Assembly: GCA_944389945.1 (NCBI GenBank)
Contig: CALXOF010000001.1
Coordinates: forward strand, 3,016 to 67,015
DNA from: an uncultured Kiritimatiellota bacterium
Lineage (GTDB): Bacteria > Verrucomicrobiota > Kiritimatiellia > RFP12 > DVOR01
Direction: 5' to 3'
Length of the DNA stretch: 64,000 bases
Numbering within the stretch: position 1 is the first letter of the stretch; every line of letters starts with the position of its first letter. The notes beneath the pieces are model-generated. The model was given only the letters and a program-made list of their open reading frames with translations, was not told the origin of the DNA and made no database searches. The translations under genes were made by a program, and so were the position numbers. Shown one piece after another: positions 7,756 to 18,589 of the stretch.

Positions 7756-10700
7756 ATGTATCTAAAGGCGCTGGAGATTCAGGGCTTCAAAAGCTTCGCG
7801 GACAAGACGCGGCTCACGTTCGAGCCGGGGATGATTGCCATTGTGGGGCCGAATGGCTGCGGCAAGAGCAACGTCTCGGACGCGATTCGGTGGGTGCTCG
7901 GCGAGCAACGCCCCAGTGCCCTGCGTTGCGCCAAGATGCAGGACATCATCTTCAACGGCACAGACGCGCGCAAGCCTTTGGGTATGGCCGAGGTGACGCT
8001 CGTCTTTGCCGAATGCGAACAGGCCCTGGGGACGGAGTTTGACGAGGTCTCCATCACGCGGCGCGCCTATCGCGACGGCGCGAACGCCTACTTCCTGAAT
8101 AAGACCCCTTGCCGCCTGAAGGACATTCAGCGTCTCTTCATGGGCACGGGCGTGGGTACCACGAGCTACTCTGTCTTGGCCCAAGGCCAAATTGATGCCA
8201 TCCTCTCCTCGCGTCCCGAGGATCGCCGCGCCGTCTTCGAAGAGGCCGCCGGCGTGACCAAGTTCCGCGCCGACCGCCGCGAGGCCCTCCGTAAAATCGG
8301 CCAGACCGAAGAGAACCTCACCCGCCTCACCGATATCCTGCGCGAACTGCGCCGTCAGGCCAACCAACTGCAACGTCAGGCCGAGAAAGCCGAACAGGCT
8401 CGCACCCTCCGCACGGAGCTGCGCGGCATCGACCTGGCCTTGGCCAAGCGTCAGGCCGGCGCCCTCGAGGCGGCTATCGCCGCCCAAGGTATGGCCCTGG
8501 CCGAGGCCGCAAACAAGATTCTTTCCATCCAAGCCGAGGCTGAGGCCGGTGAGCGCGCCATTGCCTCCGCCAACGCCCGTATCCAGGCCGGCGAGGACGC
8601 CATCGCCAAGCTCTCCGAGGAGGCCGCTGCCTCCGCCGCACGCCACACCCGCGCCCAGGAAATCATCCAGACCAACCTCGCGCGTATCGCCGAATATCGC
8701 GCCTGGGCCGAAGGTCAGGCCGTTGAACTCGAGGCCGCCCGTAAACGCTTGGAAGAGGGCGAGCGCGAGCAGGACGAAGGTCCCGACCCCGACGACTTTG
8801 AGGACGAGCGCGAGACCCTTCAGAACCTCTTGGACGACGCCCAGGACGCCTTCGACGCGCGCAAGGCCGCTCTCGACGCCGCCCGTGCCGAACTCCAAGA
8901 GGCCCGCGACGCCTTGGCCGACTGCGACCGCCGTCAGCTGGCTTGGCAACAGGCCCTGGCCAAGGCCGATGCCGGGCGCGAGGCACGTCTCCTCAAACGC
9001 GAACGTCTGGCTGCCGAGGTCGCCGAAGCCGAGCGCCTCCGCGACGAACGTACCGCCGCCCGTGATGCCGCCGCCGCCGAGGCCGAGTCCAACCGTCAGA
9101 CCGCTGACGAGGCCCGCGAGGACGTCATCACCATCGACGAAGACCGCTCCTTCGCGGCGGACGACATCGCCCAGGCCCAGGCCCGTCAGGCCAAGAGCCG
9201 ACAGGAGCGCGCCGCCATCGAGGCCCGCCGCGACCTGCTCTCCCGTCCCGCTCCCGGCGAACGTCCCGACGCGGGCCGCCGTCTCTTGGACCCCGAGAAT
9301 CCCTTCGGCCTCTCGGCCGGTGATGTGTTGGGGCCGTTGGCCGAAGCTGTGGACCCGCCGGTGGAGTTGCGCCGCGCCGTGGAGGCCGTGTTGGCGCCTT
9401 GGGCACATGCTTGGGTGGTGCGCACGCCGGAGACGGCCCGCAGGATTTTGGACACGGTGGCCGAGCGTTGGCCCGAGGAATCCATCCAGGTGCTCGTGGC
9501 GCAGGAAGGCGCCGCACCGGCGGGGTCGCTTGCCGCGCAGGTGCCCGTCAAGCCCGGTTTCGAGGGGCTTGCCGCGCGCCTCTTGGGTGGATGGTCCGTG
9601 GGGGATTCCGCCGAGGGCGCGTGTGTCTCTCTGGATGGGACGCTCTATTATAAAGAAGGCGGTGGTCTGCGGTCGGTCGGCGATGGCGCAGACCCCTTGG
9701 CGCGCCGCCTGGCGTGCGAGGAACTCGACGCCCAGGCCGATGAACTCTTGCGCGCCGAGCAGGCCGAGGAGCACACTATCGCCGATGCCCAGGCCCGTAT
9801 GGAGGCCTTGGGGTCGCGGTTGCGCGAGACCCAGCGGACCCTCGAGAAGGCCCAGCGCGCCGCCAACCAGGCCGAGGGCGCCCTTGTCGCCGCCGAGCGC
9901 GACGCCTCCGCCGCCGAGGCTCGCCGCGCCGAATTGGCCGCACGCTTGGCCGAAGCCGAGGCCGACCTGGGCCGTGAGGACGCCGGTTGCGAGGAGGCGC
10001 GTCAGGGATTGGCCGGCCTGGCCGACGAACGCGAGCGTCTGACCGCCGCCGCCGGCGAGGCCACCGCCCGTATGCCCGCCCTCGAGGGCGAGGTCGACGC
10101 CGCTAGCACGCGTCTGAGCGAGGCGCGCTTCCGCATGGCCGGCTTCGTCCAGCGCCGCGAGCACGCCCTGGCCCAACGGCGCGACCGCGAGGCCCGTCTC
10201 AAGGAGTTGCGCGAGACCATTGCCCAGCGCGAGGCCTCCGGGGCCTCCTGCCAGGCGAACATCGAGCGTCTGGAGGGCGACAACGCCCGCATCGTCGCCT
10301 CCCTCGACGGCATGGAACAGGAGACCCTCGCCCTGCAAGCCCAGATCGAGAAGGCCCGCGCCGACCGTCTGGAACTCAACGCCCTGCGCGAGCGCCTCGA
10401 GGCCGCCAGCGCCGGCGCGCGCCGTACCCTACAGGAGGCCCAAGAGGCCAAGGCCAAGGCCGAGGTCGCCATGGCCGAGGGCCGTACCCGCCACCAAGCC
10501 CTCATGGAGCGCCTCCTGCGCGACTACGGCGTCCAGCCCGGCACGCTCAACGACGAACCCTGCGCCGAGTGGCCCGAGGGCGAGGCCCCCGAAGATGCCG
10601 CGCTCGAGTCCCGCCTGGCCGAGCTCCGCGCCGCACTCGACCGTATCGGCCCCGTCAACCTCCTGGCCATCGACGAATACAAGCAGCTGGAGGAGCGCCA

Positions 10701-11250
10701 CGCCTTCTACCAGGCGCAGGCCGACGACCTCTCCCGTTCGCGCGACGAGCTTCTGGGCCTCATCAAGACCATCAACGAGACCTCCGGCAAGATGTTCCGC
10801 GACACCTTCGCGCGGGCCGACGCCAACTTCCGCGAGATGTTCACCCGCCTCTTCAACGGCGGCGAGGCCCGTCTCGCCCTCCTCGAGAACGACGAAGACC
10901 CCCTCGAGTGCGGCATCGACATCATCGCCCGTCCCCCCGGCAAGAAGCCGCAGACCATCAGCCTGCTCTCCGGCGGCGAGCGTACCATGACCGCCGTCGC
11001 CCTCCTCTTCGCCATCTTCCTCATCAAGCCCGCACCCTTCTGCCTCCTCGACGAGCTCGATGCCGCCCTCGACGACAGCAACATCGGCCGCTTCGTCGAC
11101 GCACTCAAGGACTTCCTCGTCCACTCGCAGTTCCTCATCATCACCCACAACCAGCACACCATCGCCGGCTCGGACATCGTGTACGGCGTGACGATGCCCG
11201 AAAAGGGCGTCTCGCGCACCCTCTCGATGCGTTTTGACCGACGCGCCTAG
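7756..11250 (+). CDS. smc: Chromosome partition protein SMC
   Basis: N-terminal Walker A 'IVGPNGCGKSN'. Long coiled coils. Hinge region. C-terminal signature 'LSGGERTMTAVALLFAIFLIKPAPFCLLDELDAALD'. Confidence 0.95.
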   Translation: MYLKALEIQGFKSFADKTRLTFEPGMIAIVGPNGCGKSNVSDAIRWVLGEQRPSALRCAKMQDIIFNGTDARKPLGMAEVTLVFAECEQALGTEFDEVSITRRAYRDGANAYFLNKTPCRLKDIQRLFMGTGVGTTSYSVLAQGQIDAILSSRPEDRRAVFEEAAGVTKFRADRREALRKIGQTEENLTRLTDILRELRRQANQLQRQAEKAEQARTLRTELRGIDLALAKRQAGALEAAIAAQGMALAEAANKILSIQAEAEAGERAIASANARIQAGEDAIAKLSEEAAASAARHTRAQEIIQTNLARIAEYRAWAEGQAVELEAARKRLEEGEREQDEGPDPDDFEDERETLQNLLDDAQDAFDARKAALDAARAELQEARDALADCDRRQLAWQQALAKADAGREARLLKRERLAAEVAEAERLRDERTAARDAAAAEAESNRQTADEAREDVITIDEDRSFAADDIAQAQARQAKSRQERAAIEARRDLLSRPAPGERPDAGRRLLDPENPFGLSAGDVLGPLAEAVDPPVELRRAVEAVLAPWAHAWVVRTPETARRILDTVAERWPEESIQVLVAQEGAAPAGSLAAQVPVKPGFEGLAARLLGGWSVGDSAEGACVSLDGTLYYKEGGGLRSVGDGADPLARRLACEELDAQADELLRAEQAEEHTIADAQARMEALGSRLRETQRTLEKAQRAANQAEGALVAAERDASAAEARRAELAARLAEAEADLGREDAGCEEARQGLAGLADERERLTAAAGEATARMPALEGEVDAASTRLSEARFRMAGFVQRREHALAQRRDREARLKELRETIAQREASGASCQANIERLEGDNARIVASLDGMEQETLALQAQIEKARADRLELNALRERLEAASAGARRTLQEAQEAKAKAEVAMAEGRTRHQALMERLLRDYGVQPGTLNDEPCAEWPEGEAPEDAALESRLAELRAALDRIGPVNLLAIDEYKQLEERHAFYQAQADDLSRSRDELLGLIKTINETSGKMFRDTFARADANFREMFTRLFNGGEARLALLENDEDPLECGIDIIARPPGKKPQTISLLSGGERTMTAVALLFAIFLIKPAPFCLLDELDAALDDSNIGRFVDALKDFLVHSQFLIITHNQHTIAGSDIVYGVTMPEKGVSRTLSMRFDRRA

Positions 11251-11259
11251 GAGCCCGCC

Positions 11260-11901
11260 ATGCCTGCCCTCATCATCGAGTTCGACCCCCTCTTCCTCGG
11301 CGGCTTCGCTCTCCCCGCAGAAGTCCTCTCCGAGCGCCTCCTCAAATACGGCCTCCCCGACGACGACCCCTTCCGCTTTGTCCGTCGCCTCTACGGCAAG
11401 CCCAGCGGCGACGCCCTCCGCGCCCTCCTGCCCGCTAGCGTCGATGTCGCGCACGTGGAGCGCCGTCTCGCCGCCACCTACGCCGCCCTCCTCCAGCAAA
11501 ACGCCCAACAGGCCGTCCGCGGCGTTCGCGCCTTCCTCCGCCCCTTCGCCAAGCAAGGCGTCCGCCTCGCCCTCGTCACCCGCCTCCGCCAGCCCATCGT
11601 TGATGAACTGGTCGAAGGCGTCCCCGGCGGTGCGCTTGCCGTGCTCGACCCCCAGCCCCTGGCCGTCGGCCTCATGCCCGAGACCCTCCAGGCCGCCATC
11701 GTCGCGCTCGGCCTGCCCGTGCGCCAATGCTTCGGCCTGATGGCCTGCGGCGCCAGTGTCCGCGCCGCGCTCCGCGTGGGCCTCCGCGCCGCCGCCGTGC
11801 CCGACCCCATGGTCGCCTTCGAAGGCTGCGCCGGCGCCGATTTCGTCTGCGACACCTTCTCCCGCTCCCTCGTCTCCAAGCTCCGCGCTAAGCTCAGCTG
11901 A
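11260..11901 (+). CDS. Hypothetical protein co-transcribed with smc
   Basis: Start is 10 nt after the smc stop. Coding-like. N-terminus 'ALIIEFDPLF' superficially resembles HAD motif I but lacks the DxD. Confidence 0.5.
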   Translation: MPALIIEFDPLFLGGFALPAEVLSERLLKYGLPDDDPFRFVRRLYGKPSGDALRALLPASVDVAHVERRLAATYAALLQQNAQQAVRGVRAFLRPFAKQGVRLALVTRLRQPIVDELVEGVPGGALAVLDPQPLAVGLMPETLQAAIVALGLPVRQCFGLMACGASVRAALRVGLRAAAVPDPMVAFEGCAGADFVCDTFSRSLVSKLRAKLS

Positions 11902-12232
11902 TTGGCTGATTAGCTGATTGGTGGGGCGGCGGTGCCGCCCCGGGAGGGAACCGCAGATTTCACAGATTTTGAGCAGATTAAGGGCGTGCTAGCGCACGCA
12001 GGACGCTCATTGGAAGCTTAGAGGCTGACCGTGGAAGGTTTGGCGCGTTGCGCCTGCACGGGCTTTCTTGATGGGGCTCCGCCCCGCGCCCTGTAGTTTC
12101 TTTGTCGCCCCGCAGGGGCGCTCCTGAATCTCCTGTGCCGCCTTTGCATCGTGGTAGAACGACAGCGCCCCCTCTTTCCTGCAAGAGTTGCGTCTTTACG
12201 GGTCCCCATTTTCCAGGGCACGACCGGGCGAC

Positions 12233-12259
12233 TTGACTCGGGGGGGGGTAAGCTATACT
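12233..12259 (+). promoter_or_regulatory. Promoter-like TTGACT-15 nt-TATACT with G9 homopolymer in the spacer
   Basis: TTGACT at 12233-12238. The G run spans 12240-12248. TATACT at 12254-12259. The ATG of the downstream gene is at 12285. Confidence 0.4.
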
Positions 12260-12284
12260 AGTCTTTTCTGTGTTATGAAAGGAC

Positions 12285-13175
12285 TTGATGATGGCCCACT
12301 CCGGTAACATTCTCTTTTTGGGTGGCGATGACGCCCAACGCAAGGCAATTCAGGCCGCGCTGAAACAGGCGTGCATGGGGCATGCGCTCTGGGACTTCTC
12401 TGAAGATGTCGAGAGGGGCAAGCAGACGCTCTCTTTTATTAATGGGACGCGTGTCTGCACCTTTGCATTTCGCCCACTTCCCGAAGACGTCCTTGCTTGC
12501 CGCAAGGCGGCTGCAGGGGTGGGCGTGACCTTTTTGGTTTGCATGGTGGAGGCCTCCGGTGAACCGTCCCAGTCCGTCTCACAGGCGTTGGAGGCGTTGC
12601 GGCAAGACCCGGCCTCCCCGACCGTCTATCCGCTTCTTTTGCTCGGAGCGAACCCCACGCAGATGGAGCGCGCGCTTCTGAAGTGGGGTGGGATGGGGCT
12701 TTCTCTTGGGGGCTCGCCGGATGCGCCTTATGGCATGAATGCTCTCTTGGCTCGTTGTCTGCCGTGGATGGCGATGGGCGAGGCACAGGGTGAGCTCACT
12801 GTTGCGGAGGTCGAGACGTTCTGGGGCGACTATTGCCGCTATGGCACCCTCAAGGCCCTCAATCGCTTGACGTTGCGCCTCAAGGACGAAGGCATTCTCG
12901 CGCCGCTTGACTATGCCTGGTTCCTTCCGCAAGGGACGCGCACCGTGCTCTCAGAGGACGTCCGCGCCGACCTCACAAAGTTGGTGTCGCTCTTGCCAAA
13001 GAGCGGTTGTAGCGCCCTCACCGTGGCCGCTCGCAAGCAATACATCGCGCGAATCGACCGCTTGGAACTCAACACCTTCCAAGTGCGGGAGTGGCGCACC
13101 GCTTTCACGATAGCGCTAAAGGCCGCAAAGTTCGAGAAGGAAAAGCCCGCCCTGCCCGCGCGGGGGGAGGGGTAA
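12285..13175 (+). CDS. Hypothetical protein (lower-GC gene)
   Basis: 296-aa ORF with no recognisable motifs. Local GC is clearly below the window average. Confidence 0.5.
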   Translation: MMMAHSGNILFLGGDDAQRKAIQAALKQACMGHALWDFSEDVERGKQTLSFINGTRVCTFAFRPLPEDVLACRKAAAGVGVTFLVCMVEASGEPSQSVSQALEALRQDPASPTVYPLLLLGANPTQMERALLKWGGMGLSLGGSPDAPYGMNALLARCLPWMAMGEAQGELTVAEVETFWGDYCRYGTLKALNRLTLRLKDEGILAPLDYAWFLPQGTRTVLSEDVRADLTKLVSLLPKSGCSALTVAARKQYIARIDRLELNTFQVREWRTAFTIALKAAKFEKEKPALPARGEG

Positions 13176-13253
13176 TCCGCTTCGACAACCGCTCCTTCGA
13201 GTGCCAAAGAAGACGCCGTTGCGGGGAGTTTTCTCTTTTCGTTTGAGGGGCGC

Positions 13254-13655
13254 ATGAGCCCTCGCGCTTGGTTTGGTGCCAGTCTCTTGCTGGGCCTTTT
13301 AGGCGTTCCTGTCATTGCAATTTTGGCAGTGACTTCCGAGGAAGAAAGGTTCGTGCTTTTGATCACTTTTGGCATACCTCTGGGAATTGCGTGGATATGG
13401 GGGATATGCGCCACATCGGTGAGGCGCTTGCACGACATGGGTGCTCCGGGTGCCTTGATTTTGCCGGAGGCGGTTGCGCTGGTGGCAAGCCTCATTAAAG
13501 TGTGTGTGATGCTGTGCGCCGCGGATGATACGGTTGTCGCAGTGGAAAGCGGGTGGTCGCGCATGATCAGCTTTGTCATCGCGGTCGTTGGTTTTATTGT
13601 GATGATGATGCCGGGAGACCCAAAGGAAAATAAATACGGCGCCCCGTCGGTGTGA
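13254..13655 (+). CDS. DUF805-family inner-membrane protein
   Basis: Multiple TM helices. Hallmark 'RRLHDMG' and C-terminal '...KENKYGAPS' (DUF805 ends in N-YG). Confidence 0.65.
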   Translation: MSPRAWFGASLLLGLLGVPVIAILAVTSEEERFVLLITFGIPLGIAWIWGICATSVRRLHDMGAPGALILPEAVALVASLIKVCVMLCAADDTVVAVESGWSRMISFVIAVVGFIVMMMPGDPKENKYGAPSV

Positions 13656-13885
13656 GCCTCGTGATTCTCCAAGTATTCTGGCAGTCCTGCGTGCGCTAGC
13701 ACGCCCTTAATCTGCTCAGAATCTGAGGAATCTGTGGTTTCTCCATTCTGGCAGTCTGTCCGTCGCGCTTACTGCGCGTTCCGTAGCCGTGGAAGGTTTG
13801 CGGCTTCGCCGCTGCACGCTTCGTTTTCCGTTCTCCGGGGCGCGTCAGCGCCCCTTATGTTATACTGTATGCAAGGAGCTGAGCC

Positions 13886-15463
13886 ATGGAAGAAGAGAAA
13901 ATTGCACAGGGAACCTATAACTTCCGCAATATGCGGGAGGATGGCTATCGCTATGTGGACAAGACAGCAGTGCTCTATCCGCTTGTCACGCGCGGGCGAG
14001 ATTCCTTCTTTTTCATCTCCCGTCCGCGGCGCTTCGGCAAGTCGCTGATGCTCTCCACCTTGGAGTGCCTCTTCCGCGGCGAGCGCGACCTCTTCAAGGG
14101 CCTCGCCATCGACAAGATGGACTATGACTGGAAATCTTATCCTATCCTCCACTTCAATTTCGCGGGGCTCAAGGTAGAGACGCTCGAGACCTTCAAGATT
14201 GACTTTCGCAGTTACGTCAAGGAGACGTTGACCAAGGCCGGATGTACATGGAATGAAGCGGACTTCCCCGGCGCCAACTTCAGCCGAGCCATTAACACGC
14301 TGGCGGAAGCCTCGGAACAGAAGTCGGTGGTTATCCTCATCGACGAGTACGACGCGCCCGTTGGCCACGCACTGAACGATATCAAAAAGACCGAAGCCAT
14401 TCGGCAAGAACTGTCGGATTTCTACATCCAAATCAAGAACAATGTCGGCGCCATCCGCTTCATGCTGATGACCGGCGTCACGCGGTTCACTCAGCTCTCC
14501 GTCTTCTCGGCCCTCAACAATCTCACCGACCTCACGATGGACGAGCGCTATGCCACGCTTCTCGGCTACACCGATGAGGAGTTGGAGGCCAACTTCAGTA
14601 AGACGCTGCACCGCCATGCCGAGGTCATGGGGCTCTCCTATGAAGATTACCGCGAAAAACTCCGCTGGTGGTTCAACGGCTACCGTTTCTCTCCGGATTG
14701 TGAGGATAAAGTTTACAATCCCTATGCCATTGGGCAAACCCTTGGCGCATTGAAGCGTCGCTTCGTCGGCACCTGGATCCGTTCCGGCACGACCTCCACC
14801 GTCGTCAACTATTTCGCGAATAACCAACTCGCCGAACAGGATTACGAAAACGTTGAGGATATCTCCGAGGAGGATTTGGACGTTTGCGGGCTGAAGAACA
14901 TCCTTCCCATCGCCATGCTCTACCAAAGCGGCTACCTCACCATCAAAGATTTCCAAGACGGTGTCTTCACCCTCGGCATCCCGGACGAAGAGGTCCGCCG
15001 CGCCTTCAACTCGCAACTCGTTCAGAAATTCGCCGAGAAAGATGGGGATCAGTACCGTAACGCCACCTGCCGGGCCTTGAAACAGGCCGACTTCGATACC
15101 TTCTTCGGCAACCTCTCCGACCTCTACGCCCATCTCACTTACGGCTCCAAAGAAAAACGCGTGCAGGAATTCTCCTTCCAGCGTATCCTCTACGTTCTGC
15201 TGACTTCCAGCGGCTTCTTCCGTGTCACCGCCGAAGACCGGCAGTCCCACGGCCGCGCAGACTTGGTCGCCGAGACCCCCGAACGCGTCTTTGTCTTCGA
15301 GTTGAAAGTCGATGGCACGCCCCAAGAGGCCCTTGCCCAAATCAAAGAAAAAGGCTACGCCGAGCCCTATCGCCACTCCGGCAAGGAAGTCCACCTCATC
15401 GGCCTTTCCTTCGACGGCCAAACCCGCCGCCTCACCGGCACCGTCGCCGAGCCGTTGGCCTGA
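13886..15463 (+). CDS. AAA-ATPase-like (PF09820) / PD-(D/E)xK nuclease (PF08011) family protein
   Basis: 'YVDKTAVLYPLV...FFISRPRRFGKSLMLSTLECLF' N-terminal hallmark. About 525 aa. Preceded by TATACT -10 and an AAGGAG Shine-Dalgarno. Confidence 0.8.
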   Translation: MEEEKIAQGTYNFRNMREDGYRYVDKTAVLYPLVTRGRDSFFFISRPRRFGKSLMLSTLECLFRGERDLFKGLAIDKMDYDWKSYPILHFNFAGLKVETLETFKIDFRSYVKETLTKAGCTWNEADFPGANFSRAINTLAEASEQKSVVILIDEYDAPVGHALNDIKKTEAIRQELSDFYIQIKNNVGAIRFMLMTGVTRFTQLSVFSALNNLTDLTMDERYATLLGYTDEELEANFSKTLHRHAEVMGLSYEDYREKLRWWFNGYRFSPDCEDKVYNPYAIGQTLGALKRRFVGTWIRSGTTSTVVNYFANNQLAEQDYENVEDISEEDLDVCGLKNILPIAMLYQSGYLTIKDFQDGVFTLGIPDEEVRRAFNSQLVQKFAEKDGDQYRNATCRALKQADFDTFFGNLSDLYAHLTYGSKEKRVQEFSFQRILYVLLTSSGFFRVTAEDRQSHGRADLVAETPERVFVFELKVDGTPQEALAQIKEKGYAEPYRHSGKEVHLIGLSFDGQTRRLTGTVAEPLA

Positions 15464-16025
15464 GGCTCCCTGTTTCCACGAAGCCACGGGCGTTCTGCTG
15501 GAGCGCCCGGCTGAATAGAAAGCTCGTCGCAGATCGGGTTAGGCTCAATAGCCCGATAAATAATGCTACATTCAGTTGTCAAAGATCGGTCAGCGCGTGG
15601 ACGCTTGGTGATTGCACCACGCACCCTTGCTAAAGACCTGTCATTCATCTCCCCTAAATCACAAGCAATCCCATCCAACTCCTCAGGATACGCCATCTCC
15701 CAGACCTGTCATTTGGAATAACGAGGGGTGTATGGCGTGAAACAAAGGGGAGCGGTCGCAATCTGCGGCGAAGTTGTAGCGCATCTAATGAAGCCAGAGG
15801 CATTTCGTGCCTCACGGTGTCTTTACGGTCTCTATTTTCCTCGGACACTATTGGTCGCGCGCTTGCCGCGCGTTCCGTTCTCCGTTTTCCGTTCTCCGCA
15901 GGGGGCGGTGGGGCGCGCCCCACCGCCCCCTGCTGTAGGCAGAGGAAAAAAGATGGTGAAATGGAAGACACGGAGGGGTGGAGTGTGGCATAATGGTGAA
16001 GTAAACAAGAAAAAGGAGGCACGCA

Positions 16026-16924
16026 TGAAGAGTGTACTGGCGATGGTGGCCGCGGTGACCGCGGCAGTGGCGTTTGGACAGAGCGGCGAGGTACAGGCGC
16101 AACGTCAGGCGCGGAGCGTGCATCTGCAGCATCAGGGCTACGCGGAGCCGGCGAAGGTCTTCTATTTGGAGGCGACGGCGGACCGTTTCTGGCCGGGTTC
16201 CTATCTCTGCCTCTTGGGTTTTGACGGCGGCTACGCCGGCGTGCAGGAACTGGTCGATGGCCGGCACATCGCCATCTTCTCGGTCTGGGAGCCGAGCAAT
16301 TCCTTTGACTTCAAGGCGCACCCCGACGCGGTACACGAGGAGAAGCGCACCAAGGTGCTTTACGGCGGCGAGGGCGTGGAAGTCAGCCGCTTCGGCGGCG
16401 AGGGCACGGGCGGCAGGTCGATGACGCTCTGGCCCTGGAAGCTCGGCCAGCCCATCCCCATCGCGGTCTCTTGCGCGCCGGACGGCCCCTTCCGCACGGC
16501 CTACACCTGTTGGCTGTGGGACGAGGCGAAGTCCGATTGGTTCCGCATGGCCACCTTCTCCACGCTGGTCGGCGGCGACAAGGCCACCCTGCGCGGCCCC
16601 TATTCCTTCCTCGAGGACTTCCACCGCAACGTGAAGAGCAAGGCGGGCGTCCGCACGGCCCGTTTCTCGCGCCTCTGGGCGTGGGACGGCCAGAAGTGGG
16701 GCGCCAGCACCCAGGCGCGTTTCACCGCCGATGCCAACATCCTCACCACCATCGACGCCGGCCCCTCGGCGGACGGCTTCTGGCTGGCCACCGGCGGCGA
16801 CACCCGCAACGTGACCGTCCCGCTCTGGGGCACCATCCGCCCCGGCGGCGTGCCCGACGCCTCGGCCGAACGCCGCGGCAAGCTCATCAAGGCCATCCAA
16901 GCCGCCCAGCCCGCGCAGTCCTGA
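16026..16924 (+). CDS. Secreted protein of unknown function (possibly DUF3472-like)
   Basis: Start taken at ATG 16026 (signal peptide 'MKSVLAMVAAVTAAVAFGQ', AAGGAGG Shine-Dalgarno). Trp-rich mature domain. Confidence 0.55.
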
Positions 16925-16927
16925 TTC

Positions 16928-18277
16928 ATGCGCGTCGCCTTCTTCTCGGACATCCACGCGAACCTCCCCGCCCTGGAGGCCGCGCTTGACGATGCCCGCG
17001 CGCATGGCGCCACGCACCTCATCAACCTGGGTGACGTGGTGGGCTATGGCCCGGAGCCGGCTGAATGCGTCGCGCGCGTCCGCACCGTCGCCTCGGCCTC
17101 GGTGCTGGGCAACCACGACGCCGCCGCCTGCGGGCTGCTCGACCCCAAGCGCTTCAACGCCTTCGCGCGGGAGACCGCCGAGCGCGCCGCCCTGGCCCTC
17201 GATGGCGAGGCCCGCGAGTGGCTCGCCTCGTTGCCCTATGTCCTGGAGGGCGATGGCTTCGCCTGTGTCCACGGTAGCTTTGAGGCCCCCGAGCAATTCC
17301 ACTATCTGGAGACGAAGGAAGACGCAGCGCTCAGCCTGGCGGCCATGCCGGGCCAGCGCCTCTTGGTCGTCGGCCACACGCACCTGCCCTGCATCTACGC
17401 CGAGGAGGGGGGCGTCATCCGCCAGCTGACGCCGGAAGACGTCCTCCTGCGCCCCAGCGCGCGCTACGTGGTCAACCCCGGCTCCATCGGCTTCCCGCGT
17501 GGCGACCGCCTCACCGCCGACTACCTGCTCTACGACACCGTCACCGGCCTCCTCGCCTTCCGCGCCGTGACTTACGACCTCGCGCCCTACCGCCTCGCCC
17601 TGGTGCGCAACGGCTACAACCCGCTCAACTATTGGTTCCTCAGTCCCTCCGCCCGTCGCCGCCGCGCGGAACAGGCCTTCCTCAACCCCTCCCGCGCCTC
17701 GGACGCGCCCCTCAAAGGCCCCTTCCGTCCCCGCCACCGCAAAGTCCTGCCCAATACCGCCTGGACGCTCCTGGCCGTCTTGGCGCTCCTCTTGTTGGTG
17801 GGCGTGGTCGTCTTGATTGTCTATAGCCGCCCGACTTCCTCGCCCGTCGCCTCCACCGCGGCCATTTCTGCCGAGCCCGCGCCGGACATGGGCCTCCTCC
17901 CGCCACTCGTGGATTGGACCCTCTCCGGCGGCGCGATTGAAGGCCACAACTACGTCCTCACCCCCGCCCGTCCGCGCGTCACCACCAACGGTTCCCTGAC
18001 CAGCGACCTCATCGAACTCCCCAAAGGCGCCAAGCGCCTGCGCCTGGACTTCAACGTGACCGGTGTCCCCGCCGATGGCCTCCGCTACAGCGCACGCGTC
18101 CTCTTCCTCCGCGCCAACGGCACCCAGCGCAAGGACGACCTGCACGAATACAAGACCTTCCGCGAGTCCGCCTACACCATCACCGTCCCCAAAGACGCCA
18201 CCCAGTTCCGCGTCCTCTTCTCCTTCACCACCCCCGTCCGCCTCACCCTCTTGCCCCCCAGTCTCACGGTTCTCTGA
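16928..18277 (+). CDS. Metallophosphoesterase (calcineurin-like) with C-terminal TM helix and extracytoplasmic domain
   Basis: 'VAFFSDIHANLPALEA...LGDVVGYGPEP...GNHD...VVGHTH' motifs. TM 'AWTLLAVLALLLLVGVVVLIVY'. Start is 4 nt after the upstream stop. Confidence 0.75.
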   Translation: MRVAFFSDIHANLPALEAALDDARAHGATHLINLGDVVGYGPEPAECVARVRTVASASVLGNHDAAACGLLDPKRFNAFARETAERAALALDGEAREWLASLPYVLEGDGFACVHGSFEAPEQFHYLETKEDAALSLAAMPGQRLLVVGHTHLPCIYAEEGGVIRQLTPEDVLLRPSARYVVNPGSIGFPRGDRLTADYLLYDTVTGLLAFRAVTYDLAPYRLALVRNGYNPLNYWFLSPSARRRRAEQAFLNPSRASDAPLKGPFRPRHRKVLPNTAWTLLAVLALLLLVGVVVLIVYSRPTSSPVASTAAISAEPAPDMGLLPPLVDWTLSGGAIEGHNYVLTPARPRVTTNGSLTSDLIELPKGAKRLRLDFNVTGVPADGLRYSARVLFLRANGTQRKDDLHEYKTFRESAYTITVPKDATQFRVLFSFTTPVRLTLLPPSLTVL

Positions 18278-18589
18278 GGCGGCAGGAGGAACCGCAGATT
18301 CCGAAGAATACAGCGCTCACAGAGAAGACAGAGGGGCACAGAGACGGGCGACGTGCTCCCGCACGCAGGACTGCCAGAATGTTTTTCAATCACAAAGGAC
18401 ACGAAGGACACAAAGGGATTGGTTGATTGGAGGGGTGTGGGGCGCTGCCCCACACCCCGGCAGGGAGAAGTTCTCCCTGCACCCCCGGCACGTCTGCGAC
18501 GTGCCAAAATTGAATGACTGGATGGCGGTTTCGTCAGTCGCCCCGTAGGGACGCTCCTGCATCTCCTGTTGGCTTGCTTTTCCAAGAAA

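Noticed and set aside
11260-11901. Calling the smc-downstream gene a HAD hydrolase
   Set aside because: 'LIIEFDPLF' lacks the DxD(T/V) nucleophile motif. No motifs II-IV were recognised. Kept as hypothetical.
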